Positions 1 through 9,199 are shown, numbered from the stretch's first letter. The stretch: DNA of 64,000 nt from Oscillospiraceae bacterium (GCA_016296505.1 JAEDJD010000010.1:18119-82118), one strand, 5' to 3'. Numbers and translations: made by a program. The notes: a model not told the origin generated them from the letters alone.

Positions 1-510
1 TTTGAATTTGATAATCTCATGACACTAAATGGAGAGTTGAAGAAGTATGGCTATCAGTTGAATCCAACACATCACATGTTTTTACCTTGTTGCAATATCG
101 ATGTTGAAGAACACTACCAAGTGAAGTGGCTTTACGACAGTGAGATTAGACCATTCTACGGTGATCCACGGTTTCCGAACGCGATTGCCTTTCCTACACC
201 CTGTCCTGTACGACCTGATAGAATTGTTGTAGTTGCACATGATGGGGACACCATCATGGGTATGGCAGGCTGTTCGGAAGATGCACCGCATTGGCAACAG
301 ATTGGAATAGATGTTCTTCCGGATTACCGTTCAAGGGGAATTGGCTCCTATCTTGTGACTCTGTTGAAGAACAAAATTATTGATATGGGTGACATTCCAT
401 TCTACGGCACCGCTGTTGCAAATATTCAGTCACAAAATATCGCCAATAACAGCGGTTTTAAGCCTGCTTGGGTGGAAACCGAAGCGATAAAGATTGAAGA
501 AGGAAACTGA
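1..510 (+). CDS. GNAT-family N-acetyltransferase (5' end probably outside window)
   Basis: The frame is open from base 1. GNAT-like acetyl-CoA pocket motif 'YRSRGIGSYLVTLL' and C-terminal 'NSGFKP'. Stop at 508-510. Confidence 0.55.
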   Translation, partial: FEFDNLMTLNGELKKYGYQLNPTHHMFLPCCNIDVEEHYQVKWLYDSEIRPFYGDPRFPNAIAFPTPCPVRPDRIVVVAHDGDTIMGMAGCSEDAPHWQQIGIDVLPDYRSRGIGSYLVTLLKNKIIDMGDIPFYGTAVANIQSQNIANNSGFKPAWVETEAIKIEEGN

Positions 511-529
511 CAACTTCCCATTTGTAAGG
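507..529. repeat. 22-bp direct repeat, copy 1 (CTGACAACTTCCCATTTGTAAGG)
   Basis: Lies directly over and after the GNAT stop. A near-identical copy at 1700-1721 (CTGCCAACTTCCAATTTGTAGG) follows the stop of the second chromate transporter gene. Confidence 0.7.
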
Positions 530-547
530 GTGAAAGGAGCAGTTTTA

Positions 548-1123
548 ATGAAGAAACACCTTGATTTGTTTCTTACAATGTTAAAAATCGGGCTGTTTAC
601 CTTTGGCGGCGGTTATGCGATGATAGCACTTCTTGAAAACGAATTTGTATCCAAAAAGAAATGGATTGAAAAAGACGAGTTTCTCGATATGGTCGCTATT
701 GCAGAATCTACGCCGGGTCCCATTGCAATCAATGTCTCAACCTATATCGGTTATAAAATGCTCGGTTTTCTCGGCTCACTTATTGCAACCGTAGCGGTCT
801 GCATACCGTCATTTGTTATAATATACACAATATCGCTGTTTTTTGATACCTTCCTCTCCCTCACGCTTGTGTCATACGCATTCCGAGGAATACAGGTCTG
901 CGTGATTTGGCTTATACTTTCGGCAGGATTGAAAATGTTAAAGCAGATGAAGAAGACACCTCTTAATATCGTTATTCTTTCTGCCGTTATTCTTTGTATG
1001 GTAGCGTTCTCCGTTTTCTCGGCAAGCTTCTCGACGATATTTTACATTCTCATTTCGGGAACGGTCGGCTTGTTTGTATATCTGATAAGCTTGCTTCGTA
1101 AAAGGAAGGAAAACGACGAATGA
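548..1123 (+). CDS. chrA: chromate transporter family protein (short CHR, first of pair)
   Basis: SD AAAGGAG upstream of ATG 548. 'FGGGYAMIALLENEFV' and 'ESTPGPIAIN' are CHR-family signatures. Multi-TM protein of about 190 aa. Confidence 0.8.
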   Translation: MKKHLDLFLTMLKIGLFTFGGGYAMIALLENEFVSKKKWIEKDEFLDMVAIAESTPGPIAINVSTYIGYKMLGFLGSLIATVAVCIPSFVIIYTISLFFDTFLSLTLVSYAFRGIQVCVIWLILSAGLKMLKQMKKTPLNIVILSAVILCMVAFSVFSASFSTIFYILISGTVGLFVYLISLLRKRKENDE

Positions 1124-1692
1124 TATACATTGAATTGTTTCTCAACTTTTTACAGGTCGGTGCGGTATCATTTGGCGGCGGATACGCAATGATTTCGCTT
1201 ATTCGTGAAAAGGTTTTGATGAACGGCTGGCTTTCCGAGGGGGAACTCCTCAATATGATTGCCGTTTCGGAATCCACACCCGGACCGATTGCCGTAAATA
1301 TGGCAACCTTTGTTGGTTCAAAACAGGGCGGAATCCTCGGTTCGTTTGTCGCAACGCTCGGAGTGGTGCTTCCGTCCTTTATAATCATATTGATAATCGC
1401 TTCGCTAATACGCAATTTCTTGAAATACAAGGGTATTCAAGCATTCCTCGGCGGTATTCGTCCGTGCGTGGTCGGACTCATACTGGCAACGGCGCTTACT
1501 ATGCTTATGAGCTCACTTTTCGCTTTCAAGAGCATTGACAGTGAAGCTACACTCGATGCAAAGGGATTGATTATTTTCGCCGTAATTGCTGCAACTGCAG
1601 TTATTTACAAGAGAATCAAAGAAAAACCGCTTTCACCAATATTACTAATTCTCCTGTCGGCAGGTCTTGGAATGGTAATGTATTCGATATAA
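1120..1692 (+). CDS. chrA: chromate transporter family protein (short CHR, second of pair)
   Basis: ATGA stop/start overlap with the previous gene. Paralogous motifs 'FGGGYAMISLIREKV' and 'ESTPGPIAVN'. Paired short CHR genes are the usual Firmicute arrangement. Confidence 0.8.
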   Translation: MIYIELFLNFLQVGAVSFGGGYAMISLIREKVLMNGWLSEGELLNMIAVSESTPGPIAVNMATFVGSKQGGILGSFVATLGVVLPSFIIILIIASLIRNFLKYKGIQAFLGGIRPCVVGLILATALTMLMSSLFAFKSIDSEATLDAKGLIIFAVIAATAVIYKRIKEKPLSPILLILLSAGLGMVMYSI

Positions 1693-1699
1693 TATTTGA

Positions 1700-1721
1700 C
1701 TGCCAACTTCCAATTTGTAGG
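1700..1721. repeat. 22-bp direct repeat, copy 2
   Basis: Matches 507-529 with 2 mismatches and 1 indel (hand alignment). Confidence 0.7.
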
Positions 1722-1746
1722 AATAACAAAATTGAATATTATACAT

Positions 1747-1781
1747 AGCAGTTAAGCGATAAAAAGCTTAGCTGCTTTTTT
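1747..1781 (+). terminator. intrinsic terminator after the chrA pair
   Basis: Stem AGCAGTTAAGC / GCTTAGCTGCT (one G.T pair), 8-nt loop, followed by TTTTT. Confidence 0.65.
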
Positions 1782-1863
1782 ATGTCCAAAAGGAGGAAAG
1801 ACTATGAGTTTCCCACTCAAAATCCCTTAGTGAGAACAAAAATAACCCGAAAGGAGGACAGTA

Positions 1864-2340
1864 ATGCAGGAGCAGAACTCCGAAAAAGTCGTGTCGCTCT
1901 CGGTCAGGGCAACAAAAGTAACGGCAAATGTGCTGAAATCGGCTGTAAGAGCCTATCTCTCGGCACAGAAAAACAAGTCCCCGAAGGTCTATAAAGGAAA
2001 ACAGTCGGTAAAACACCTTATTCAAAAAGGCGAAAAGCTCACGAATATTGAAGTAACCGACCAAAACATTAAGTCCTTCAACAAAACTGCCCGTAAGTAC
2101 GGTATCGACTATTCTCTCAAAAAGGACGGCTCTGAAAAGCCGCCGAGATACTTCATCTTTTTCAAGGCAAAGGACGCAGAGGTTATGAACGCTGCTTTCA
2201 AAGACTTTGTTGGAAAAGAACTCAAAAAGAAGGAAAAGCCGTCTATCAAGGCAAAGCTTAAAACTCTCGGTGAGCAGGTCAAGCAAAAGGCTCAGGAGCG
2301 TACAAGAGAGAAAAACAAGACACGGGAGGCAGAACTGTAA
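1864..2340 (+). CDS. PcfB-family (DUF3801-like) conjugation accessory protein
   Basis: SD AAAGGAGGA. 158 aa with N-terminus 'VVSLSVRATKVTANVLKSAV' and a Lys-rich tail. Sits immediately upstream of, and overlapping, the coupling-protein gene as in Firmicute ICEs. Family recalled from memory. Confidence 0.55.
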   Translation: MQEQNSEKVVSLSVRATKVTANVLKSAVRAYLSAQKNKSPKVYKGKQSVKHLIQKGEKLTNIEVTDQNIKSFNKTARKYGIDYSLKKDGSEKPPRYFIFFKAKDAEVMNAAFKDFVGKELKKKEKPSIKAKLKTLGEQVKQKAQERTREKNKTREAEL

Positions 2341-4127
2341 TGAAATTTGACAAGCAAAAAGTAATGAAGGTTCTGCCTTTTATTATCCTCGGATATTTCT
2401 TCAACAAGGTATCTCAGGCATTTACAAGTGCCGCAGGCACAGAACTTGGCGACAAGATAATGAACGGTATGGACGGCTTGGGTGAGGTTTTCCTCAATCC
2501 CTTGCCGAGTTTCAACCCGATAGACCTTCTCATAGGTGTTGCGGGAGGCGTAATCGTAAAGCTCGTTATTTACGTCAAAGGTAAAAATGCAAAGAAATAC
2601 CGAAAAGGCTGTGAGTATGGGTCTGCCCGATGGGGTAATGCCGAAGATATTAAGCCATATATGGCTGATAAATTTGAGGATAATGTCATTCTTACCGAAA
2701 CGGAACGTCTGACAATGGACGGCAGACCGAAGGCAGGACCCAAGTACGCACGAAACAAGAATATCCTTGTAATCGGTGGCTCAGGCTCAGGTAAAACACG
2801 ATTTTATGTAAAGCCGAACTTACTTCAAATGAACAGCTCCTATGTGGTTACAGACCCGAAAGGAACGGTGCTGAACGAAGTCGGAAAGGCTCTGCAAGAC
2901 GGCGGATATGCAATCAAGGTGCTGAACACTATCAATTTCAAAAAGTCAATGCACTATAATCCGCTTGCATATATCCGTTCCGAAAAGGATATTCTTAAGC
3001 TCGTAAACACAATTATCGCCAACACCAAAGGCGAAGGCAGTCAAAGCGGTGAAGATTTCTGGGTAAAGGCTGAAAGACTTTACTACTCGGCACTTATCGG
3101 ATATATCTGGTATGAAGCTCCAAAGGAAGAGAAAAATCTCAATACCCTTATCGAGATGATAAATGCCAGTGAAGCACGAGAAGATGACGAAACCTTTGAA
3201 AATCCGATTGATAAGCTGTTTAAGGAGCTTGAACAAGAAAATCCTGAGCATTTCGCTGTACGACAGTACAAGAAATACAAACTGGCGGCGGGAAAGACCG
3301 CAAAATCAATCCTCATTTCCTGTGGTGCAAGACTTGCACCTTTTGACATTGCGGAGTTGCGTGAATTAACAGAAGATGATGAGCTACAGCTTGATACGTT
3401 AGGCGATACAAAGACGGCACTTTTTGTCATAATCTCGGATACCGATGATACTTTTAACTTTATCGTTTCTATAATGTACACTCAGCTTTTCAATCTGTTG
3501 TGTGACAAAGCTGACGACGAATACGGCGGCAGACTCCCTGTTCACGTTCGCTTTATACTCGATGAGTTTGCGAATATCGGACAAATACCAAAATTCGACA
3601 AACTCATAGCAACGATACGAAGCAGAGAAATTTCAGCTTCAATCATCTTGCAGGCACAAAGTCAGTTAAAGGCGATTTACAAGGATAATGCGGATACAAT
3701 CGTGGGTAACTGCGATACAACACTTTTTCTTGGTGGTAAAGAAAAGACCACTCTGAAAGAAATTTCCGAAGTTCTCGGAAAAGAAACTATTGACCTGTAT
3801 AACACTGGTGAAAGCAGAGGAAAAGAAACCTCGCACTCTCTGAATTACCAGAAAACAGGTAAAGAGCTTATGTCAATGGACGAAATCAGCGTAATGGACG
3901 GTAGTAAGTGTATTTTGCAGCTTAGAGGCGTGAGACCTTTTCTCAGTAATAAGTACGATTTAACGAAGCATCCAAAATTCTCTCTAACCTCCGACGCTGA
4001 CGAGAAAAATCTTTTCAACGTAGAAAAGTTTCTATCGCATAAGCTCACAGTAAAACCGAATACAGTTGTTGAGGTTTACGACTGTTCGGAAACAAACGAA
4101 GATGACACGCAAGCCGCTGATGAATAA
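2340..4127 (+). CDS. type IV secretion coupling protein (VirD4/TraG family)
   Basis: 595 aa with N-terminal TM segments, Walker A 'GGSGSGKT' and Walker-B-like 'FILDEFANIG'. TraG/TraD architecture. Confidence 0.9.
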   Translation: MKFDKQKVMKVLPFIILGYFFNKVSQAFTSAAGTELGDKIMNGMDGLGEVFLNPLPSFNPIDLLIGVAGGVIVKLVIYVKGKNAKKYRKGCEYGSARWGNAEDIKPYMADKFEDNVILTETERLTMDGRPKAGPKYARNKNILVIGGSGSGKTRFYVKPNLLQMNSSYVVTDPKGTVLNEVGKALQDGGYAIKVLNTINFKKSMHYNPLAYIRSEKDILKLVNTIIANTKGEGSQSGEDFWVKAERLYYSALIGYIWYEAPKEEKNLNTLIEMINASEAREDDETFENPIDKLFKELEQENPEHFAVRQYKKYKLAAGKTAKSILISCGARLAPFDIAELRELTEDDELQLDTLGDTKTALFVIISDTDDTFNFIVSIMYTQLFNLLCDKADDEYGGRLPVHVRFILDEFANIGQIPKFDKLIATIRSREISASIILQAQSQLKAIYKDNADTIVGNCDTTLFLGGKEKTTLKEISEVLGKETIDLYNTGESRGKETSHSLNYQKTGKELMSMDEISVMDGSKCILQLRGVRPFLSNKYDLTKHPKFSLTSDADEKNLFNVEKFLSHKLTVKPNTVVEVYDCSETNEDDTQAADE

Positions 4128-4192
4128 TCAGACGGCTGTTTTTGTGTCCAAATTCAAATCAAAACTATTTAATTTAAAGGAGATTTTTTATT

Positions 4193-4408
4193 ATGGAATT
4201 TTTTAACTCTGCTGTTGAAGTACTTCAGACACTCGTAATCGCTCTCGGTGCCGGTCTTGGCGTATGGGGCGTAATCAACCTTCTCGAAGGCTACGGTAAC
4301 GATAACCCCGGTGCTAAGTCACAGGGTATGAAGCAGCTTATGGCTGGCGGTGGCGTTGCCCTTATCGGTATCACACTCGTACCCCTTCTTTCCGGTCTTT
4401 TCGGTTAA
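4193..4408 (+). CDS. Maff2-family small membrane protein of mobile elements
   Basis: 71 aa with two TM segments. 'GYGNDNPGAKSQGMKQLMAGGG' matches my memory of Maff2 proteins that follow VirD4 in clostridial ICEs. SD AAAGGAG. Confidence 0.6.
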   Translation: MEFFNSAVEVLQTLVIALGAGLGVWGVINLLEGYGNDNPGAKSQGMKQLMAGGGVALIGITLVPLLSGLFG

Positions 4409-4489
4409 TCCGAAAACGACTCGGTAAATGCGGAAAGCCTGTCCTTTTGGGCAGGCTTCTCTGCAATTAAATAAGAAAGGCGGTATGTA

Positions 4490-4825
4490 ATGGAAGAAAT
4501 TTTAGACTCGATAGTTGATGCGATACACGACTTTCTTGTAGATTTATGCGGTGGTATTTTCATAGGAATATTCGACGACGCAAATGCGGCAACTGGCAAT
4601 ATTGCGGCAGAAGTAGGATTAACTCCTTCACAATGGAGTGGCAGTATCTTTAATATGATACAAAATCTGTCGAACAACGTTATTATCCCGATTGCAGGTA
4701 TGATTATTACCTTTGTTCTCTGTTATGAGCTGATTACAACCATAACGGAAAAGAACAATATGCACGATGTTGACACGTTTATCTTCTTCAAGTACGTTTT
4801 CAAGACTTGCGTACCCTTGTTATAG
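4490..4825 (+). pseudogene. truncated VirB6-like (CD0415/CD1112-family) conjugal transfer membrane protein
   Basis: Only about 108 N-terminal residues resemble the family ('VIIPIAGMIITFVLCYELI...FIFFKYVFKT'; full length is roughly 290 aa from memory). The reading frame stops 3 codons after the breakpoint at about 4812. Confidence 0.5.
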
Positions 4826-5010
4826 CCATGAAAAGCTCCGACATTGGATAAATCCTGGCAAGGGAATGAATATGTCAAGATATCTATCTTTTTAGGCATC
4901 TGTTCGCCTTTCAACGAACTTATATCCACAAAATTCTTATTTCTTCGGATTGAAGCCAGGATACGTCTTAACACATCTACGGAATAAGTCTTCAGCATCT
5001 TATAATCCAT
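4812..5010 (-). pseudogene. DNA (cytosine-5) methyltransferase internal fragment
   Basis: 'DILTYSFPCQDLSNVG' is C5-MTase motif IV (PCQ). There is no FxGxG motif I upstream and no motifs VI-X downstream. Beyond about 4812 the ORF (track 4723-5010) merely reads the antisense of the VirB6-like gene. Confidence 0.55.
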
Positions 5011-5090
5011 ATGCCTGTGGATTTTTTATTTCTTTGAAAACTCAGCTACAATCTGTCCCAGAATCTCATACTGCTCTGCGGATAGATTTT
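5011..5090. repeat. 80-bp direct repeat, copy A
   Basis: 73/80 identical to 10231-10310 by hand alignment in 10-nt blocks. On the minus strand it encodes '..KKNLSAEQYEILGQIVAEFSKK*' with no ATG. Confidence 0.85.
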
Positions 5091-5184
5091 TCTTTTAGAA
5101 AAAATCAGTTCAATTGTTTTTGCAGCCATTGAAGGCGATACAGATCATCAAATAAAGTGCCTGTTTTTGTACTGCTCCCTAAAA

Positions 5185-5868
5185 CTATAATTTCATCATA
5201 CGATACCCAATACCGATATGTGTTTGTATCAGCGCCTGACTGCTGTCACTCAGCTTTTTTCGCAGGGTAGCCATAAATACACGCAGGGAGGCTTCGCTGT
5301 TATCCGCAGGAGTTCCCCATACACTTTGGATAATGTACTTATGCGTCAGCACCTTGCCGACATTCTTGGCAAGCAGGCAAAGCAGCTTGTATTCTATCGG
5401 TGTCAGGTGAAGTTCTTCATCATCAAGGTGAACACAGCCCGAAGCATAGTCTATCCGTAATCTGCCATTGACAAACTCCGTGACCGAGATGTTTTCGGAC
5501 TTCATAAGCCGCCTTTGTATCACCCTGAGCCTTGCGAGAAGTTCATCAACAGAGAAAGGCTTTGTCAGGTAATCATCTGCACCTTTGTCAAGGGCTGTTA
5601 TCTTGTCCCTGTCCTCGCTCCTTGCACTGACTATGATGATAGGAACATCGCTCCAAGTGCGTATATGCTCTATCACCTCAACGCCGTCAATATCAGGCAG
5701 TCCAAGGTCAAGTATGATAATATCAGGCTTATGCGAAGCGCTGAGCATGATCGCTTCATTGCCCCTGACAGCAGTAATAAAGCGATAGTCATTCATTTTA
5801 AGAGTAGTTGTAATAAGATTTCTGATAGGCTTGTCGTCCTCCACCACCAGAACAAGATATTCATTCAT
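5185..5868 (-). CDS. OmpR/KdpE-type response regulator
   Basis: Receiver domain 'LVVEDD...DIIILDLGLPDIDG...KPF' plus winged-helix 'LTPIEYKLLCLLAKN...GIGYRM'. Overlaps the kinase gene by 8 nt. Confidence 0.9.
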   Translation of the reverse strand: MNEYLVLVVEDDKPIRNLITTTLKMNDYRFITAVRGNEAIMLSASHKPDIIILDLGLPDIDGVEVIEHIRTWSDVPIIIVSARSEDRDKITALDKGADDYLTKPFSVDELLARLRVIQRRLMKSENISVTEFVNGRLRIDYASGCVHLDDEELHLTPIEYKLLCLLAKNVGKVLTHKYIIQSVWGTPADNSEASLRVFMATLRKKLSDSSQALIQTHIGIGYRMMKL

Positions 5869-6988
5869 TCAAATCGACCTCTCCTATTGGCAGAGTAAAG
5901 CTGACAACTGTACCGTTTGGTATGTTGTCGCTGACAGATATAGTACCGCCGTGTGAAGTAATAATTGACCTGCACAGTGCAAGCCCCAGCCCCAGACTTC
6001 TTCTGCTGTCTGAGGAACGGCTGCCGCCCGTATAGAACATATCAAATACCTTTTCTTTTTCTTCATCGAAGATACCAGTGCCGTGATCGGACACGGATAT
6101 CACAACAGCATACGCATTTTCTCGGCGCACACTGACGGTAACATCAGAATCCTCATCACTGTACTTGACAGCATTATCCATAAGATTGACTATGACCTGT
6201 ACGATAAGGTTCGCATCTGCCATAACAGGGATTATCTCGTCATACATATCAACGATGATATTTCGCTTTGGGTGAGTGCGTTCGGTGTGTCTGACAGCCT
6301 CCTGAACAATGTCATCAAGTATCTCTACCGAGATATTGAGCTGCATTCTGCCGTCCTCAATTCGTGTAGCGTATAAAAGATTTTCCACCATTCCGATAAG
6401 CCACATTGATTCGGAATAAATATCCGTGTATATCTGCTGACGTGCTGATTCATCAAGCGTATCGCCGCCGGAAATGAGCGTACTGGCATTGCCTGATATG
6501 GAGGTCAGCGGTGTTCTGAGATCATGGGATATGGAACGGAGCATATCAGCTCTAAGCTGTTCATTCTGCGCCAGAAGTGCCGCCTCCTCCTTTTCACGGG
6601 CATTCTGCTCGGCGATCAGGATATTGCGTTTCAGCTTATTGGCAAGCGTTCCTGCAATGAACGCTGTAATAAACATCGTCACAAATGTGACGGGATAGCC
6701 TGCATCGTGAGCTGAAAGAGAAAACTCAGGATAGGTGAAGAAGCAGTTGAAAAGCACTACTCCTACTAATGATGATATCAGGCAGAAATACATCTTTGAT
6801 GTAAAAATGGATATCACAAGCACAGCAATAATATACAGCATGATAATGTCCGCATCGGCAAGTTGAAAGGCTTTGAATGCGTATCCGGCAAGTGTTGCGG
6901 CGGTCAGCACCACAAGACATATAGCGGAGTCTTTGAACACAGAAAACGCTTTAGAGCTTTTTATAGAATTAGCAGTCATAAGGATCAC
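5861..6988 (-). CDS. short KdpD-like sensor histidine kinase (DUF4118-type TM domain + HisKA + HATPase; no KdpD N-terminal/Usp domains)
   Basis: The TM block 'DIIMLYIIAVLVISIF...VLFNCFFTYPEFSL' parallels the KdpD membrane domain. H-box 'SHDLRTPLTSI', N-box 'NLMDNAVKYS', G-box 'DHGTGI...GLGLAL'. Confidence 0.85.
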   Translation of the reverse strand: MILMTANSIKSSKAFSVFKDSAICLVVLTAATLAGYAFKAFQLADADIIMLYIIAVLVISIFTSKMYFCLISSLVGVVLFNCFFTYPEFSLSAHDAGYPVTFVTMFITAFIAGTLANKLKRNILIAEQNAREKEEAALLAQNEQLRADMLRSISHDLRTPLTSISGNASTLISGGDTLDESARQQIYTDIYSESMWLIGMVENLLYATRIEDGRMQLNISVEILDDIVQEAVRHTERTHPKRNIIVDMYDEIIPVMADANLIVQVIVNLMDNAVKYSDEDSDVTVSVRRENAYAVVISVSDHGTGIFDEEKEKVFDMFYTGGSRSSDSRRSLGLGLALCRSIITSHGGTISVSDNIPNGTVVSFTLPIGEVDLNE

Positions 6989-6996
6989 CCTTGTTA

Positions 6997-7185
6997 TTAT
7001 AACATATCACTTTTCTGTTCGTCAACATCATCTTCTGACAGGTTGTGTCCATGGCTGCTCTTTTGTATCTCCTCGATGAATTCATCTACTTTTTTCATAA
7101 TATAAAAGCCGTAGAGAAACATTGCTCCTACAGACAGTGCAAGCAGAACATCTCTCACACGATCATCTCCTAGATTCTGAAACAT
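6997..7185 (-). CDS. hypothetical small single-TM protein
   Basis: 62-aa ORF between trkA and the kinase, overlapping the trkA end by 16 nt. One hydrophobic segment (LLALSVGAMFLYGFYI) and an acidic tail. No family recognised. Confidence 0.3.
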   Translation of the reverse strand: MFQNLGDDRVRDVLLALSVGAMFLYGFYIMKKVDEFIEEIQKSSHGHNLSEDDVDEQKSDML

Positions 7186-7814
7186 TTCTGGATATCCCGA
7201 ACCTCACCTATGACAAATGCGATGTCATCAGTTTTAATTACAGTGTCCGGTGCAGGGATAAATACCTCTGCTCCGCGTTTGATCGTCAGAATATTGATAT
7301 TGAATTTCTTTCGTATATCGATCTGTGACAGCGACTTTCCGAACCAGTCCTTCGGTACTTTCAGTTCGTAGATCGAGTAATTGTTATCCAGATGAATAAA
7401 GTCGAGTATGCTGTCTGATGCATATTTTGTAGCGATGCGAAGTGCCATCTGCATCTCAGGATAGACAACCTCATCGGCTCCGTTTTTAAGCAGGAATTTC
7501 ATTTGTACATCATTTGTCGCACGGGATATGACTTTCTTTGCCCCCAGCTCCTTGAGCAAAGACGTTGTTTCTAGAGAGGACTGAAACAGGCTGCCGAGGG
7601 CAACGATACAAACATCATAGTCTCCTACACCAAGCGAACGGAGAAATTCCTCGTTGGTGCTGTCACCGATCCTTGCGTTGGTCACATAGGGCAGGATATC
7701 GTTGATACGCTCCTCATTTTCATCTACTGCCATGACCTCACACCGAAGCTCCTCCATGCGTCTGGCAATATGACTGCCGAATTGACCTACTCCGATAATT
7801 AAAACTGTTTTCAT
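7170..7814 (-). CDS. trkA: Trk/Ktr potassium uptake system, NAD-binding RCK subunit
   Basis: 214 aa. Rossmann motif 'IIGVGQFGSHIARRM' plus a C-terminal RCK_C segment. Confidence 0.85.
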   Translation of the reverse strand: MKTVLIIGVGQFGSHIARRMEELRCEVMAVDENEERINDILPYVTNARIGDSTNEEFLRSLGVGDYDVCIVALGSLFQSSLETTSLLKELGAKKVISRATNDVQMKFLLKNGADEVVYPEMQMALRIATKYASDSILDFIHLDNNYSIYELKVPKDWFGKSLSQIDIRKKFNINILTIKRGAEVFIPAPDTVIKTDDIAFVIGEVRDIQKCFRI

Positions 7815-7826
7815 ATATAAGACTCC

Positions 7827-9170
7827 TTATCCTACAGATATTTTTTCAAGCGGTAAGCGTGAATTCTGACTGTCCGCCGACGGAAGAGCTGCATAAATGA
7901 ATGTCAGTCCGCCGACTCTCCCGAAAAACATAAGTATCATCAGTATCACACGGGATACAGCAGACAGACCGCTTGTAATGCCGAGTGTCAGCCCTACAGT
8001 ACCGATAGCTGAGCCTGTTTCAAACAGACAGGTCAGCAGCGGTAGATTTTCCACTCTGCTGATAATGATACCGCTTGTAAAGAACAATACAAGATACATA
8101 AACAAAACAGCGCCTGCACTGCGGACAGCTTCGTCTGATATTCTTCTTTTGAAGCACTGCACATCATTTCTGCGGCTTAACACTGTGATCGCAGCAAGGA
8201 ACAGAACAGCAAAAGTCGCTGTTTTCATACCGCCTGCGGTGGAACCGGGAGAACCGCCTATAAGCATAAGAATGATTATAATGGCTGTACCTGATTCATC
8301 CATAGCAGCGAGATCAGTCGTGTTAAAGCCTGCGGTTCGTGTTGTGACAGACTGAAACAGTGAATGGATCGTCCGGTCATGGATAGTCTCACGGTCATAT
8401 TCACAAAAAAAGAAATACAGCGCAGGCAGAACGATCAAGACAGCAGATGTCATCAGTACGACCTTGCTTTGCAGAGAGAAGCGCCTGATCCTGTGCTTGT
8501 GTGTTCCGATATCGCCCCAGACGAGAAAGCCGATGCCTCCCGTAATAATTAGCAGTATAATGATGATATTGAGATAGATGTTGCTGTGGTAAAAGGTCAG
8601 CGATGAGAACGGTTCTCTTATGCCGAACAGATCAAAGCCTGCATTGCAAAAAGCCGATATGCTGTGAAACAAGGAATACCACAGTCCCTTAGCGATACCA
8701 AGATCATTGCAGAAAACGGGTGCAAGCAAAGCCGCACCGATCATCTCTATGATAAGTGATGTTTTAAGGATAAAGCCTGTCAGCTTCACAATACCGCCTA
8801 CCTGCGGTGCGGAGATGGATTCCTGCATCGTACTGCGCTGCCACAGACCGATTTTCCGCCCTGATGCTCTAATGATTGCAAGCCCGATGGTGATAACGCC
8901 CATACCTCCGATCTGTATTAGCATCAGAATGACCGCCTGCCCGAACAGAGACCAGTATGTAGCAGTATCCTTTACAACAAGCCCAGTCACACAGGTAGCT
9001 GAAACGGCTGTGAACATTGCATCAGGGAATGAAGTCACACACCGCTGCCTTGATGAGATCGGCAGCATCAGAAGCAGCGTACCTACCAGAATTAGGCAAA
9101 AGAAACTGATAATGATGACCTGAAATGAAGTCATATGAGTTCTGTTTTTTACTCTATTTATATGTAACAT
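7827..9170 (-). CDS. trkH: TrkH/KtrB-family potassium transporter membrane subunit
   Basis: Polytopic membrane protein with repeated selectivity-filter-like 'GGMG', 'NAGFD', 'TAGF' and 'GGSPGSTAGGMK' segments. Start chosen at ATG 9170 (SD GAGAGG 6 nt upstream) rather than the track start at 9188. Confidence 0.85.
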   Translation of the reverse strand: MLHINRVKNRTHMTSFQVIIISFFCLILVGTLLLMLPISSRQRCVTSFPDAMFTAVSATCVTGLVVKDTATYWSLFGQAVILMLIQIGGMGVITIGLAIIRASGRKIGLWQRSTMQESISAPQVGGIVKLTGFILKTSLIIEMIGAALLAPVFCNDLGIAKGLWYSLFHSISAFCNAGFDLFGIREPFSSLTFYHSNIYLNIIIILLIITGGIGFLVWGDIGTHKHRIRRFSLQSKVVLMTSAVLIVLPALYFFFCEYDRETIHDRTIHSLFQSVTTRTAGFNTTDLAAMDESGTAIIIILMLIGGSPGSTAGGMKTATFAVLFLAAITVLSRRNDVQCFKRRISDEAVRSAGAVLFMYLVLFFTSGIIISRVENLPLLTCLFETGSAIGTVGLTLGITSGLSAVSRVILMILMFFGRVGGLTFIYAALPSADSQNSRLPLEKISVG

Positions 9171-9199
9171 CGTACACCTCTCGTTCAAATGATAGCTTT

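Larger units (their letters stand above)
1786..4812 (+). mobile_element. decayed conjugative-element (Tn1549/CTn-type ICE) remnant
   Basis: PcfB, VirD4-type coupling protein, Maff2 and a VirB6-like (CD1112-type) gene lie in the order typical of Firmicute ICEs. The module ends abruptly at about 4812. No relaxase, VirB4, VirB6 C-terminus, integrase or att site is present in the window. Confidence 0.65.

Noticed and set aside
1782-1994. 70-aa ORF at the left edge of the ICE remnant.
   Set aside because: It overlaps the pcfB-like gene in another frame. pcfB has the better SD and family resemblance.
4435-4458. 10-bp stem-loop after maff2 (AAGCCTGTCC tttt GGGCAGGCTT) as a terminator.
   Set aside because: No T-tract follows, and the next gene of the same module starts 30 nt later. 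At most it is an RNA-stability element or a partial attenuator.
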